Origin: Seison nebaliae
Taxonomy: Eukaryota
Direction of reading: 5' to 3'
DNA: 46,824 nucleotides
NCBI GenBank assembly: GCA_023231475.1
Contig: JALJEE010000413.1
Location: 1 to 46,824, forward strand
Shown: positions 18,356-32,245 of the stretch, in pieces
How positions within the stretch are numbered: position 1 is the first letter of the stretch
Layout of the letters: every line of letters begins with the position of its first letter
The notes under the pieces: model-generated
Databases searched by the model: none
Told to the model about the DNA's origin: nothing
What the model saw: only the letters and a program-made list of their open reading frames with translations
Translations under genes and position numbers: made by a program

Positions 18356-21300
18356 ATGTCGCTTGTTAATTCAAATGTAAATTTAGAGCAAAAGTCTCTA
18401 ATTGACGACAATTTGCAGCTGATAAGCACGATGAGATCGATTGGTAATCGATTGAATGATATGCGAACGTCCATCTCTCACAAATCCCATTCGGCCTCTA
18501 CAGATAATTGTAATGTACAGACGGATCTCAGTACTTTAACCGATGACGAACTACGTCAAATACAAGTCGTATTAGAGAAGCAGAAGGAACATCATCGACA
18601 TCTGACCAACACTCAATCCACACTCCTCCATGACATACACGAGACAAGAGAACGATTGTTTAGTGAATCGAATTTCCTTAGTCATCCAAGTTCATCTAAT
18701 TTTATTTCCACTTTTTCAAATATCAAAATTATTTTTATTTTCAAAACCTTTTTAAAACTTTTTTTTAGAGTTACCTAACCGTTTGAGAACGATTAGTAAC
18801 GACTGGTTTCGTAATAGTGACAAGAATGTAATCGACGAGGAGAAATGTAGTTCTTGTTTGAAAAGTTTTCATCGTTTGTCATTGACGAAATGTGCAAAAT
18901 GTCAACAATCGATCTGCAACAAATGTTCGAGTAATTCACGTATTTCTTCCAGTTATTTCCCGTCAACAATTCAATTCGATATTAAAGATGGATTCAATCG
19001 TCTCTCTCAATACATCGGATTAAATCAACAATCATCGGATCGATCAATCGACGGAAAAAAAGATGAGAATGGAGGTTCGAATTCCAGATTGACTTCCTTC
19101 AATTTGAATAATGAACGAGATCAATCTTCACCCACGAAAGAACAAGAGAAATTGTTTTGTCGGAAGTGTTTGGAGGAGATGAATCGATTAATCACATATG
19201 ATCAACAATTATCGATTGACAGTAGCGAATCGTTAGAGACGATTTATTCGGAGAAGAATTCCATCGGAAGTGATTCATCAATTCCGAGTCTCACCGAAGA
19301 GAAAAGACCAAACGAATTATCGGTTGTTACTCCGACGACTAATTATTCGAATAATTCTAATAATGTGAATCCGACGAAAACGCCCAATATCATCATTCAG
19401 AGATCATGGAAACGTGGAACGTTGAACAGTATCATTCATACCACAAATAAAATGATGTTTGATCACAATTATACAACTTCAACTGATTCCAGTCAATCAA
19501 CCGATTCCATGTCGTCATATGACTTGAAGAGAAGTGATAATTCGGAACAATCGATAAAGAATCGTCGTAGTCGAATTAACCGGGCGAGGAAACAATGTAG
19601 TAATCGATTGTCCATTCGAACAAATCAATATAATACTTCTGATTCACCAGCATCTGATTGCGGTAATCGAACACAATTACCATCGACAACCAATATGAAT
19701 ATGATCGGAAATAGTAGACGATATTTGAATCCAAAACGGAAATCTGGCAGGAATGCTTTCGTGATGCAATGTAGTGTCGATTATCCTTCAATCATGAGAA
19801 CGGTCACTGACGTGCGGGAAGTTGCAAAATCAAATGTCTTTAGTCGGTTGTGCAATAAACGATTACATGAGCGGAAACCATTCCATTATCCGTCAGTAAG
19901 TCATTCATCTCTAGTTCAACGGAAATCCCAACAAGATTATGGTTTTGATCGTTCGTATCTGTTTTATATAATGAAAATTCTTGAAAAGACTCAAAAGAAT
20001 TAAATGAGTAACTTATTCATAATAATATTCATGATTATCATCAAAAACTGAAAAGTATAATATGTGTTGATGATATTCATTGTTTTATGTTGAATGTCTT
20101 ATAATTTTCATATTCTTTTTTAGCTGAACCGATCAAAGACGAAAGGAAAAAAATTACGAGAAGTAGACCGAAAATTTTACGGTCTTCTTATCGTCGGAAA
20201 ACGTTGAATGATCTACAACAAATCCAAACGCCGACGGAAAGTAATACATGGACGATTCCGCGTCGTGTTAATCGAATTGTAAATCCACATAAAGTGATTT
20301 TGAGTCGAACGGCTGAGGATAAGTCTTGTCGTACTTATGGATTAGGTATGAGAGTAGTGGGAGGAATTCAATGTGCGACTGACGAATTGGGTGTATTCAT
20401 CGCATCAGTGGTAGCTGGGGGACCGGGTGATGTTCATGGAGAAATTGAAATGAATGATCGATTATTGGAAATAAATGGACATTCGTTGAAAGACTCCACA
20501 TTTGAAGAAGTGAAAGTTTTGTTGGAACAAGCCGGACATATCGTTCAATTGAGTGTCGTTCATTCATCATCGTCTTTAAAACGAGTTATTGTCCCGAAGA
20601 AATTTGAAAAATTAAATTCCTCAATTCCTCATCATTTCTCCAATTACAACAACAGTAAGAACAATAATTATATCATGAGAAAGAGAGATAATATAAAACA
20701 TTTGGCAAGAGACAACCGATCGTTGTCGAATACGGTTCTTTTTGTGCCACAAATCTTAGAAAATGATTCGGAATATTTATTTGGTGATCAGAGCACATCG
20801 GCAAAAGATTCTTTCAGACGCTTATCAGTTAGTAATAAGAAAAAGTTCTATCTTTGTGAAGGGAGAGGAAGTGCAACTTTAGCGTCAACACTTTCTTCTT
20901 TAGCGTCGAAGAAGAAAAGACGTTATCTTCCTCCATTACCAAGAATAAATACGCTGAAGAATAAGACGGAGGATTTGAAAAAAATAAAATTAAGAAATCA
21001 TGATTATGATGATGATGATGCTGATATTGAGGATAATGCTGATAATGAAATAAATAATGTGATGCACGTAGCGAATAATAGTGGAGAGAAGGAGACAAAA
21101 TTAATAGTTTTAAATAATTATGAAAATCATCAATCGTTGACATCAATTGATAAACTATCGACAAATGAAGTTTGATGAATTTTCTTTTTTTTATAAATAA
21201 AATAAAATTATTATTTCCTTCAAGAACTATTCACTTATCCATCATTCAGACAATAAAAAGAGTGATGATGATGATAATAACAATAAGATTAATAGTAATA

Positions 21301-24300
21301 ATCATTTGTCACATATCAATCCGTTTCAACAATCGCCACAATTACGATATTCTCAAAATCAGCCGGTACAACTCTCGTCCGCTCGATCGTCTGTACATTA
21401 TGTGAATAAGGGAAGATTATTAATGCAAACTTGGTATAATCGAACGACGCAGACACTCGCCTTAACTGTTGTACAAGGTGCTGATTTCTTATTTCCGACG
21501 GATGAAATTCCATTTTTATTCATTTACGGGAAAATCATATTTAATAAAAAGTTCAAATTTACTATTACCTTTTATTATTAATTGTCATTCTCATGAAACG
21601 TTTCAAGTCGTTCTGATATTTTCCAAACGAAGATGCTCCAATCGAAGAAACCGTTTTGGAATGAAATTTTCATTTTCAAACAAGTCGAGAGTGTTGACAC
21701 GTGTAAAATCGAAATATATCTCCGATTAGTGGAGAGACGAATAAGTATTAAACCGATAAATAAGATCGATCACATCACATCATCATCTCATTTGCCGAAG
21801 ACGTTAAAGTATGAGAATAGAAAAGAAGAAAAGAAGAATTGGAATGAAGCCCGTTCCATTTCCAACGTGATACAATCTGATATAGTTCGTGTAATAAAAT
21901 TCGATTTGGCTGACGCTAATTTAAGAGATGAGCCAAGATGGTATGAATTCCATGATAGTGGTGAACATGGAACAAGTTTATCATCGAATGATTGCTCATT
22001 AGATCGGACTGATAATGAGAAACGTGATTGTAGTGTGGACACTTCGGTGGAAAGTGAGACGAACGAGAGATCTGATTCATCATTTGCATCTCCATTGAGA
22101 AAGAATAATCCTGATATGAATGTGTTATTGTCGTCCTCTGATCAATTGACATCATCAGAAAAGAAGAAGAAGAAGAATAAGAGAAAATATTTCAATTTGA
22201 ATTTGAAAAAAGTTCGTGAATCATTTTATGGACCAAAATTAAGGAAAAGTATGAAATTGATAATGAAAGAAGATACGATAAGCGTGAAAGTAAAAATGTT
22301 CGAAAATTTAGAAAAAGGAACTCCAATGACTGAGGAATGTTTAAGACGTTTATTGAAGAATTATGAAGAGCTAATCGCACCACCATCAACACCCTTACAT
22401 TATGTGACGAATAAGGATTATATTACAGGATTCGACGAGCAATTATTACAAGAGAAATTGAAGAATTTGGAAGATGATAAAAGTAATCGACGACGTCTAT
22501 CTATCGGTAGTACGACGAAAGAATTGCACGAATTAAAAATGGTGGCAGCGATGGTTGATGTGAGTCATACGACTACTCATCTCGTTCCGCCTCAACCTAA
22601 AATCTCTACGAGATTTTTAAAACAAAAATTACGAAATGAAAATCAAATCGTACCGGCACCACAAGATTCGGAAATCATCAAAATTAAAACTAATGACGAA
22701 TGTGCATCTTCCTTAATTTCATTATCCACCCAACAACAACAACAACAACAATGTATAGTTGATAATAAGAAGAGATTTAATATGTCACATTGTTCGTTGT
22801 TGAGTCATTGTACGAATAGTTTACTTCGACCAACCAATATCTGTCGAATAATTGATCGTGCTCATCGTTCCTTATCCGCCAATCGACATTATAAACGGTT
22901 TAAAAAGAAAGATAATAATTCGCCATTACCAACTGATATCGATGTGAATATGGAAATTATACCGAAGAATACGAGTATTCAAAATTTGGCGGCAAGTCAA
23001 CTCGTTCCACAAAATAATCCCATAACGATTGCCATTCATCAGCCAAGTAGCATTAGTGGAACGAGTAGTGACTCTCAACATAAAATTACTCAATATAAAT
23101 TATCAACTTCACTTTCGCCCATTGTCACCGTCGTCCCACCAACTAAATCGCCGACCGCCATCAGTAATTGCGAATTGTTAATGGATGAGATTCTCTTCAC
23201 ATCCTACAAAAATCGAAAGGAGAGTTTATTCACATACAGTAGTTATTATTCGAATTCGAAAGTGCAAACATTGAAGAATTATCCGAATGAACTTCAACGA
23301 TATCGAAGTAAAAGTGCCATACTCCATTCGGATATGAGAAGTTTGGTAGAAAGTTTGAAAAGTGTGGAAGCGATATCAACAGGTAAACCGTCAACGGTCG
23401 AATCTGTGGAGCAGAATATTCCGAAGAATAAATCCATTTCTTTTACAAATCTTACACGTATTAGTCAAGTACTACAAGATACATTCCGACCTGCAACCGC
23501 CACAAATGACGTTGAGTTGAAAGCCAATCGTAAATCGAATGAATCGAATCTCACACAACAAGAAGATGATTTGGACCGGTTACTTCCTCTCACATCATTT
23601 ATATATCTTATTATTACAATTTATTTTAAAGATATTTCGTTCCATATTCAAAATTAAAAAAACCGTCAATACCCGAATCTGAATGCGGCATCGGTCAAGT
23701 GATCAATGAGAAATGTGTCGGTTAGTCATTCCACATTAGAAATGGAGATGAATTTCATCTCTTATCAGATTGTAATTATCGAGGTCTCATTAAAATCGGT
23801 TTGTTATTGACGAAAGGTCAATTGAAAATTCGAATAATTGAAGCGAAACGAATAAGAATTCCATCAACTGCTAAAATAACTAATGGTTCTTTCTTTCTTT
23901 CTTTTCTCTCACCTGTTATCTAAAATTGAACAATTTCTCAGATTTTTATGTGAAAGGTTACCTATGTGATGAGAAGAGGACATCTCATAAGAGGAAGACG
24001 ATTACTATCAAAAATAGTACTCATCCATTCTTCTATACTACTTTCTCTTATAACGGCAATGTCATTGTCAATCATAAATTACAAGTTAATTATTATTTGA
24101 CATTTTTTCAATGATGATGTTAAATTTCTGTTGTAGATAAGTTTGTGGATGAAAACGTCGAGATTGGATAAGAATGTGAATGTTGGAGAGGTTTTTATCG
24201 ATTTGGATAAGTTGGACTTGGTCACTCTGCCCAACATCAACTGGTATACGTTGTGGAGTCCCAAACTCATATACGCCTTCTCTACTGACATTATAGCAAT

Positions 24301-24319
24301 CCAATCGAACAATTACTAG
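18356..24319 (+). CDS. RIM/Fife/Piccolo-family presynaptic active-zone scaffold (Rab-binding helix, Zn finger, PDZ, C2A, C2B)
   Basis: DLSTLTDDELRQIQVVLEKQK (RIM/rabphilin Rab-binding helix), 8-Cys finger CSSC..CAKC..CNKC..CRKC, PDZ HKVILSR...GLGMRVVGG...NDRLLEING, C2A (GRLLMQTWYN...PFWNEIFIF), C2B (GLIKIGL...DFYVKGYL...NWYTL). Eight frame-restoring introns: 18690-18768, 19951-20123, 21170-21224, 21551-21607, 23579-23631, 23721-23768, 23886-23941, 24085-24136. Start uncertain: an acceptor at 18304 could add an upstream exon. Confidence 0.85.
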
Positions 24320-24513
24320 TCCAAATATTGGCTCAATCGATTGCCATTCTATGTTGATTGTTGTTTTTGGCTGGATAGTCTTGAAATCATTCTCTCATTT
24401 CCAGAGAGAAAAGATAATGAATTTTTTTTCATCTCTTTTATTCAAAAATAAATAAAAAAGAGAAAGTTTCAGTCTCTTTCTCACAGATGTGGAGCGATAG
24501 TGATAGTTGAAAG

Positions 24514-26850
24514 ATGATCACTGGAAGTAAATTGACGAATAACGTGGATGTAGATTTAGTGTTTGCTGATATCGATATTTCTTGTGATTTATGTGATCGA
24601 TTAATTTCTTATGAGAATTTCTGTTATTATTCCGGTAATTCATTCCATTTGCGATGTGCACGATTCTGTACAAATGGAATCATCAACTCATCAGTTGATG
24701 GTTTGAGGAAATCATATTTTGATGAGAAGAAAGTGAGTGGACGAATACAACCGATGTTAGTGGAACCGTTCAATGTGGAATTATTGAATGGAGATCAATT
24801 AGGGAATTGGTTGAAATTGAATGACTTGTTCGATTTGGTGAAGGAAATGAATTTGAAGAATAAATGTAATTTAATAAATTTGTTTCGTGAAACGGATATG
24901 ATAAATGATCGATATCAAGAGAAATTACTTAAGCAAAAATTTGGAGAATTGTTCCGTCAATTAAATGAAATGGAAATTGAAGAGAAAAATATTGAGAGTT
25001 TTCGTCAAGCCTCTTGTACTCATCAACAATTCCGTCGTCATTTCAATCATATCACTGACGAACGATGTTTCATGTGTGGCAAACGATTAATAGACGTGAT
25101 TAATTTGCACATCATTTGCAGTGAATGTGGACGGAGAGCTCATCGTCAATGTTTCCACAATTCCATCAATTCTGGTAGTATTGACAATTGTCATTCGTCT
25201 CTTTGTCAATTTCGTTCTCAATTATTAGAGAAAGTTATCGAGAGAATGAATCGAATAAATTTCAATGATGAGACATTAATCGTCGAGTTTTATGAAGAGA
25301 GTCGTTTAAATTTATTTAAGAAAGAAACTTTAAATTTCTTTCGTCATTTCGATCAAATCGATCAGTTTCTGGTGATCGAATCACTACTCACCGTTTTATA
25401 TCCTAGAACGATATTCCTCTTATTCTTTTATCTCCTTCGAATCAACGCCTTCCAATCATCAATTCGATGGACTTGTCAATTCAATTCGGTTGAAGAATAT
25501 TCGAAAATTCGAAATGAATTCAATTTGACTTTTCCTGGATTGCTTCATCATCTGATTATGTTGCGATGTCATTTGGAAAAGATAAATTTCCTTCGAATTC
25601 TCAAAACTATTTCTTCTTTCTTATTCAATGTGAATGAAGAGAATTGTTTAATGAATTATTTAGAAGAAGATTTCATTATTCAAAAATTGTATATTTTTAT
25701 TCGATTACAATCAAATTCATCACATTATTCAAAAGAAATAATTTCAACACATAAAACATTTCGATTCTTTTCAATTCATCATAAATTACAACAGATAATA
25801 GAGATGATTTTTATGAGAGAACATCATCCAACTGATTCATTAATTTATTTATTTAATAGAAAAAAAGAATTATCTCCCGTTAATCATAATCAAATTAATA
25901 TCAATTCCCTAATAAATATATTCGATTTTATCTTGAGGAAATTCAATGAGAAATTTCGAGAAATTTCCACACTTCAATCTCATAATAAACAAATATTAGA
26001 TGATATTAAATTGTTAGAATTGTCGTATGAAAAAGAGAGAAATGAATCGATTGAGAATCACAAAACATTTCTACAATTCCTTCAACAATCCGACGAGAAA
26101 AACGAAAAAATCATTTTTATGATCTTACGAGATATATTGGAATTATCTTCCGATTTCGAAGGAGTGACGACCACATATGAAACGAGAACATCATTCAATT
26201 TATCGGTTGCGGTTAAAGAGAAATATGAGGTATTTCTTCATCGTCGTCAACGACAGAAGATATCATTGATGGTTTTGATGAGAAAAGAAAAAAAGAAATT
26301 GATAGAATATGAGAATAATCGATATCGATTAAATGAGATTGAGAAGGAATTGGGAGAATGGAAATGGAAATCAACTCAACTTTATTTCGTACTTCTCCTG
26401 ATAATCAAGAAGAGTTGTGAACGATGTTTCCATATTATTATCGGTTGTATGGATTATCTATCGAATCGTTGTAAGAGAAGTGATTTAATTCTCACATTTC
26501 TACGAAATCTTTTCGATCGATTACATAAGAGATACGATAATAAACTGAAGGATGATGTGAGAGATGTCGTTCAATTACTTATACAATTATTGGTTGATGT
26601 TGATATTTATGGATTAAATTGGATTTTATGGTGCAGCGAAAATTCTTTTCGATCCATCCATCTTTCATCAATCAATCAATTAAATACAAATTCCTTCAAT
26701 TTTTTACCTAATTCTTTCGACATTAGCATTCACATCATCTCCAATACATTAACTACATGGCTAAACAGATCAACGATAGATCATGCAAATATCATGTCGA
26801 TTAGGAATCTATTCCCCATAGGATCAATTGGGACAGTCGGATGTGAATGA
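24514..26850 (+). CDS. Intronless 778-aa protein with a C1-type (PKC-like) Cys/His zinc domain, a degenerate second C1-like motif and helical/coiled-coil regions
   Basis: H...CFMC-x13-CSEC-x4-H-x2-C...C spacing matches a C1 domain. The N-terminal CDLC...FHLRC is a partial second copy. Long uninterrupted ORF in AT-rich DNA. Confidence 0.7.
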   Translation: MITGSKLTNNVDVDLVFADIDISCDLCDRLISYENFCYYSGNSFHLRCARFCTNGIINSSVDGLRKSYFDEKKVSGRIQPMLVEPFNVELLNGDQLGNWLKLNDLFDLVKEMNLKNKCNLINLFRETDMINDRYQEKLLKQKFGELFRQLNEMEIEEKNIESFRQASCTHQQFRRHFNHITDERCFMCGKRLIDVINLHIICSECGRRAHRQCFHNSINSGSIDNCHSSLCQFRSQLLEKVIERMNRINFNDETLIVEFYEESRLNLFKKETLNFFRHFDQIDQFLVIESLLTVLYPRTIFLLFFYLLRINAFQSSIRWTCQFNSVEEYSKIRNEFNLTFPGLLHHLIMLRCHLEKINFLRILKTISSFLFNVNEENCLMNYLEEDFIIQKLYIFIRLQSNSSHYSKEIISTHKTFRFFSIHHKLQQIIEMIFMREHHPTDSLIYLFNRKKELSPVNHNQININSLINIFDFILRKFNEKFREISTLQSHNKQILDDIKLLELSYEKERNESIENHKTFLQFLQQSDEKNEKIIFMILRDILELSSDFEGVTTTYETRTSFNLSVAVKEKYEVFLHRRQRQKISLMVLMRKEKKKLIEYENNRYRLNEIEKELGEWKWKSTQLYFVLLLIIKKSCERCFHIIIGCMDYLSNRCKRSDLILTFLRNLFDRLHKRYDNKLKDDVRDVVQLLIQLLVDVDIYGLNWILWCSENSFRSIHLSSINQLNTNSFNFLPNSFDISIHIISNTLTTWLNRSTIDHANIMSIRNLFPIGSIGTVGCE

Positions 26851-27368
26851 CATATTTGTTCATTGATGCATGAAATCTTTTCTAACTTTTACACTCTACA
26901 ATTCGTTTGATACGCGAATTTGATCAAACAAATTCTCTCCCTTTTTTTCTTTTCAAATCAAACACCAACAACAACAAATATGGAGTTGACAAGGATGAGA
27001 AGCAATCGAGAGTCTCTCCGATTAATTCTCTCAAGATTTTCTTCTCTGAACTACTCGAATTGAAATAAATAAAAATTAATCATAAAATGAACAGAATTAC
27101 ATTCTAATCTCTCCTCGTTTTTCTCAAGTTCATCTATTTCTTTCTTCTCACTGGTTTCTTTAATGATTGCTTAGTAGATATTAATTAATTTTATTTCTAC
27201 GTTAAAATGAAGATTCTTTTTTTTTTCAAATTTTTTTCCAAATAAAATTTCAAACAATTTTCCATTTAAATTTGCTTTTTCCCTCACAAAAATTAAAGTT
27301 TTTTCTTCCAATTTTTTTTTCGAACTTAAAAAGATTTGTGAGAGAACGTTCGAACTGGCAGAATTATA

Positions 27369-28913
27369 ATGGCAGTGCCATCCCATTCGGCTATAACACA
27401 AATTCGTCAAACACTTCAACGATTACCAACACCGGAACCGATTCCTGGTGAAGTAGCGCGTCAGGATGTAATCATCACGAATGACAAAGTCATCGAATTA
27501 CAGAGGAAACAATGGCCTACGAAACCTCAAGATGAGAAGTCGATGAATCGATTCAATTCGTTCGAATGGAATAATCATCTACAACATTCGAACGCACAAT
27601 ATTCATATCCAATTACACCAAAAATTTATGAGAATCAAATACAACATCATCGAAATTTCGCTGAGAAACAATTTAATGATGAAAAATTTTATAATGAAAT
27701 TCTCAATGAGAAACGTCCATATGATTATGGAATCGTTCCTCCCAATTTTATCCAAGTTCATTTTTTTCACTGATGGAAATTTTTTTTTCTATTACTTGAC
27801 GATATTAGGTGGAAGATAGTGGTTGGACAACGGCGACATATGATGATATTGCTCAATTACATTCGATTGATCCAAAGAAATTTAAACCACCACAATATTT
27901 CTTTCCTGGACGTGAAACGACTGATAATTTCAATGGACGATATGAATATGATATGGAACGAGAGGTACGTCATCCACAATCACCAGCACAACCACCACCA
28001 CCAAATGTCCCATCAATCGGTTACAATTGGATAAAGAATGACAATACAACCAATTCATTATGTGAAGACGATTCAGATGACGAGAACGTTTCTGGAATTC
28101 GTCAATTGGTCGACATTCTACACATGAACGAAAACAACAACAACAACAATATGTTGAGAGAGAAACAATTTGACCATTATGGAAATGAAGAACAATTTCA
28201 GAATTTCGACACGATTAACACGATGGAAGAATTGAGAAATGAAACGGATAACGTTTATGAGAATGATGAGATGGAGAATGAGAATATAAAAATTCTTGAT
28301 CGAAAATTTGCTGAAGAATTAGCACCGAAACAACGACCAATCGTAATAATTGCGGAGAAGAAGAAGAGGAAAGGAAAGAAGAGGAAACGTAAAAAGAAAA
28401 GCGAAGGTATTCATCGAATGGAAATTATTCCGTCGAAAGCGACGACACCAAACGATTCGATTGAAACTGAACAAATATGTGAGGAAACTTCGAAAAATTA
28501 TGATGAGACTATTCGTAACGATGACAACGTTAACGATGATGATGATGATTTGCAGACAGGTGAAGCATTTGAATGGTATCAGATTCCCGACAATAGTCTC
28601 GTGATTTATGATGATGAGCAACCGATTGCATTCGATCGAAAAAGTTTAATTTCCATTTGAATTTAGATTCATATTTTTCAATTAATTTTGTCTTTCTTCA
28701 GATTATCTTCAACAATCAACTACTCGTCATCAACCATGCGTTCATCGTCGATATCAGAATTACAATGGTTCCGATTGCTCGTCAGATGAAGACGATTCAT
28801 CCTGTTCGAGTGATTGTTGCAGTAGATATTCATCCGAATCGACTTACACATCCAACTCGTCGTCCTATACGACAAGTATGAGTAGTTGCTCGTCCAGTTA
28901 CTCGGAGTACTAG
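27369..28913 (+). CDS. Uncharacterised low-complexity protein (acidic, polybasic NLS-like KKKRKGKKRKRKKK, Ser/Cys-rich tail)
   Basis: Three ORF segments joined in frame by introns 27756-27808 and 28644-28701; ends at TAG TAG. No recognisable domain. Confidence 0.65.
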
Positions 28914-31900
28914 TAGGGAAATGAGTTGAAGGACGAATATTCATTCTTCATTCTCTTCCATCAGTTGACATGAATTCTCATTTATCTCATTTAAAAATAT
29001 GTTTCTCTCAATCTTTCCTCTCATTTAGTTTGAGGAGCCTAATCGTTTGGAATTTAAGTGTAAATAAATGTCGTTTGATATGTTCGTGAAAAAATTGTTC
29101 GATCAGTGCCATCTCGATGGTATTGTTGGAAGAGTATGAGAGAGGGGAGAGAGGAAGACACCTATTCGAAATTGAATTATCGTCGGACGATGGAGGAAAC
29201 AAATTGAAATATCCGATTAATATTGGAAACTAATTAATTTTTTAAATTTCTTATCGATATCCTCTGACATGTATCGTGACATGTTACATCTCTCTTGGAA
29301 TGGAAGGAATCCATTAATGCATATCAATTTCTTGCCATTCGCCATAACAATGTCCATCATCGTGTAGACAAGAGTGGAGGGCAAGCGGTAAGCGTATGGA
29401 TCACCATGTGTTCATGTGCGTGTTTCACGACATTCTCTCACCAACGACATATTCCTCAAATAAAATTAATGTTAATCAATTCTAATTTATTATTTCCTCT
29501 ATAATTTCTGATGATGGATTTCCATCGAATTGACTCTTCAAATTCTCTCTTCCAATATAAGAATTATAAAGGAGAACATCATCATTCCAATATGGAAGTT
29601 TAATGGGATTTTCTTCCAAGAGAAGTCGAAGTAAAAGCAATTCTCATTTAACAGTAACATCAACCAACAACAACAGTAGCAGTAGCAATACCATTTAAAG
29701 GTGAATGATAAATTTCCGAGATAACTAAATATTTAAAGAGCAACTTCTTTTTTAATTAGCAGAATGGAAGGAGCGTTTCATTCATCTCCACCAGTTGGGA
29801 CATGTTTCCATCATATATGAGAATTTAATATCGGTCTACATGTCGTATAGTTAGCCGCTTTCACAAAAGAAGAAGATTATTATTATAAGATCAATCTACT
29901 TTCAAATTCTTCCAATGAAGATATTCTTCAATCGACTTGGGACAAACAACAACTCGGCATAATATGTAATTGAAGGAGACATTAGAGAATACTTAACAAA
30001 CAACAACATATTTGAACGAATGAGCTAATGAATGATTAACTTATTCGAATAAATCGTATTGAGGAGAGAATGTCACTAGACAATCAAAAGAGAAGGTGGC
30101 ACTGTAGTTATGTAATAAAAGGTTGATGGTAAATAAACTGCTCTTAAACTTCTTTCTCAAAATGGTGGAGAAGAGATACTTTTAAATTACCAAACAGTAT
30201 GATCACAAGTATTATGAGAAGAACATATGTATTGTCACTTTAAGAGGAAGGGGAATGTGTGCAGGAAGAAAAATTCATATCCTAAATTATTGGAAGATGT
30301 TTGAAGTTTTTCACAAGATTTTTCTTCATTTTCTACTTCCTCTCCTTTACACATATTTGTATAAGCCTCTTACATACTTACACTTATGTACGAGTTGTGT
30401 GGTGTGCATTTTTGACATCTAATTCCATGATAATTTGTCGGTCATTCCTATCGGATATTTAGTGCACCCTATATCCAATTAATATCACCGTCATATTCCA
30501 GTTTTTCTTGACATGGTCAGGAGGCGAAGAAGCGGAGGATTTTGAGAGAAGTTAACCGATACGGTAATAAAACGGACAACAAAAGGAGAATGAAGAGCGA
30601 TTTTGTTTCTTAGAGAGAGTATTGCATTCCAATCGCAGTAATTGGAGAAGACGATTATGCGAAAGTTTTGTTCAATTAGTTCTGTAGATTATGCGTGTTC
30701 CATTTGATTCATCTTTCGCATAATGATCGGAAGATATTTACAAAGTAATCTTATATAACACAAATATTAATTAGCATATCAGTGAGGTTTGTTGCCATGA
30801 AGTCTTATTTGCAAGTGAGGAAACATGTTCGTTTTGCTCACTTCTCGCTCAGACAATCCATTCATGTCATCGTGCCAAAGTGAGAATTATGAGAGATTTG
30901 TTTATGACTTTCCGTTCACTTCAGTTATGTTGATGCTTTTGCCATGAGTAGAAGGTTAGTATGAAGTCGTGGTTCGATGTTCTTCGCCAAATTAAAAATT
31001 TATCCAAGGAGAATTAATAGTCCTCTCATTGACATTCCTTGTGTTCGATGCATATACATGTGCAGGGTTCGACGTTGATAATTGCATAATTATATGTGGA
31101 TTTTCTAATAATTATTCTGGGAAGTTGTTCTACTATATCGGAGAACAAGTAGGAAGATCAAATGTAATAAAAGACTATTTCCTTTTCTTCCACTCCCCTC
31201 CCTCCCAACACATTCTTTCATTCTGTAAGTGTAAGTGAAAAATGTTTGAAAAAATTTCTCGAAAACAAATTCGGAAAAGAATTTTAAGATTATCCCAAAT
31301 GATTCCATCATCCATTACATTGGAGAATGGTAGACAATCCAATTTATTTATTCGACATTGCATTTCCTAATACTAGTTAGAGTTCATGATCTATTCAATA
31401 CAATCATTAACTATTTACTACTTCGATTTGATAGGTACCTGAGCTTAAGTTGAGACATTTGTAGATTAACTATTATTTGTGCTCCATCGAACGATATGTG
31501 CCTTTTTGACATCTAATGTGATTGTAGGAGGGAAGAATATGTTTTGAGTCTTTACGTCATATTTTTGTTTAACTTACTACTATGAAATAATATCGATAGG
31601 ATGTCGATGCGACGCGTGGAATTCGAATAAAAGAATACTTAATTGGTTAATGATTATTGGAGAACAATATGTTCCATTCCCCTTCCTTCCCCATGTCTTT
31701 TCTATTACCCATTCCTTCTATCATCGACGAAGAGGAAAAAATTAATTTGTCAATTTCTTTCCTTGCTCCAACACAATTGAAACTTCTTTTATTCGTGGTA
31801 AATTCATTGTACTAATAATAATAATAATAATAATAGTAGTAGTATTAATATTAGTAGTAGAAAAGATTGAGAGAAGACATCGAATTAATATGACGAATTG

Positions 31901-32224
31901 TTGATGTGCGTGAAGGATTTGACGAGGGTGTATGAGGAAAGGAGCAACTTCGCTGATTTATCTATATTGAGGAACATCTTCTTTCTGATAAAGCTAAAAG
32001 TTGATGGGAACTTTTCAAGTCGATTCATAAAATAAGAAACTTGTAATTCCTAGAAAATAACACCAGAACAACGCCTCAAAAATGAAGATGAGAGATGGTA
32101 ATAGATGAAATGATATGGAATAGAATACCCATCCAAATCATCGTCTTCCAAAGATCTTATGTATGGTGATCTAAGTGTTTATATCCTTATGCCCTTTTAT
32201 GTCCAGTTTATATACATGTGTATA

Positions 32225-32245
32225 TGTGTGTGTGTGTGTGTGTGT
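32225..32245. repeat. (TG)n microsatellite
   Basis: About 10 TG units read directly. Confidence 0.85.

Noticed and set aside
28964..29028. Intron-like GTTGAC...TTTAG downstream of the orphan gene
   Set aside because: It lies after the TAG TAG stop and no coding continuation was found; at most a UTR intron, so it was not counted.
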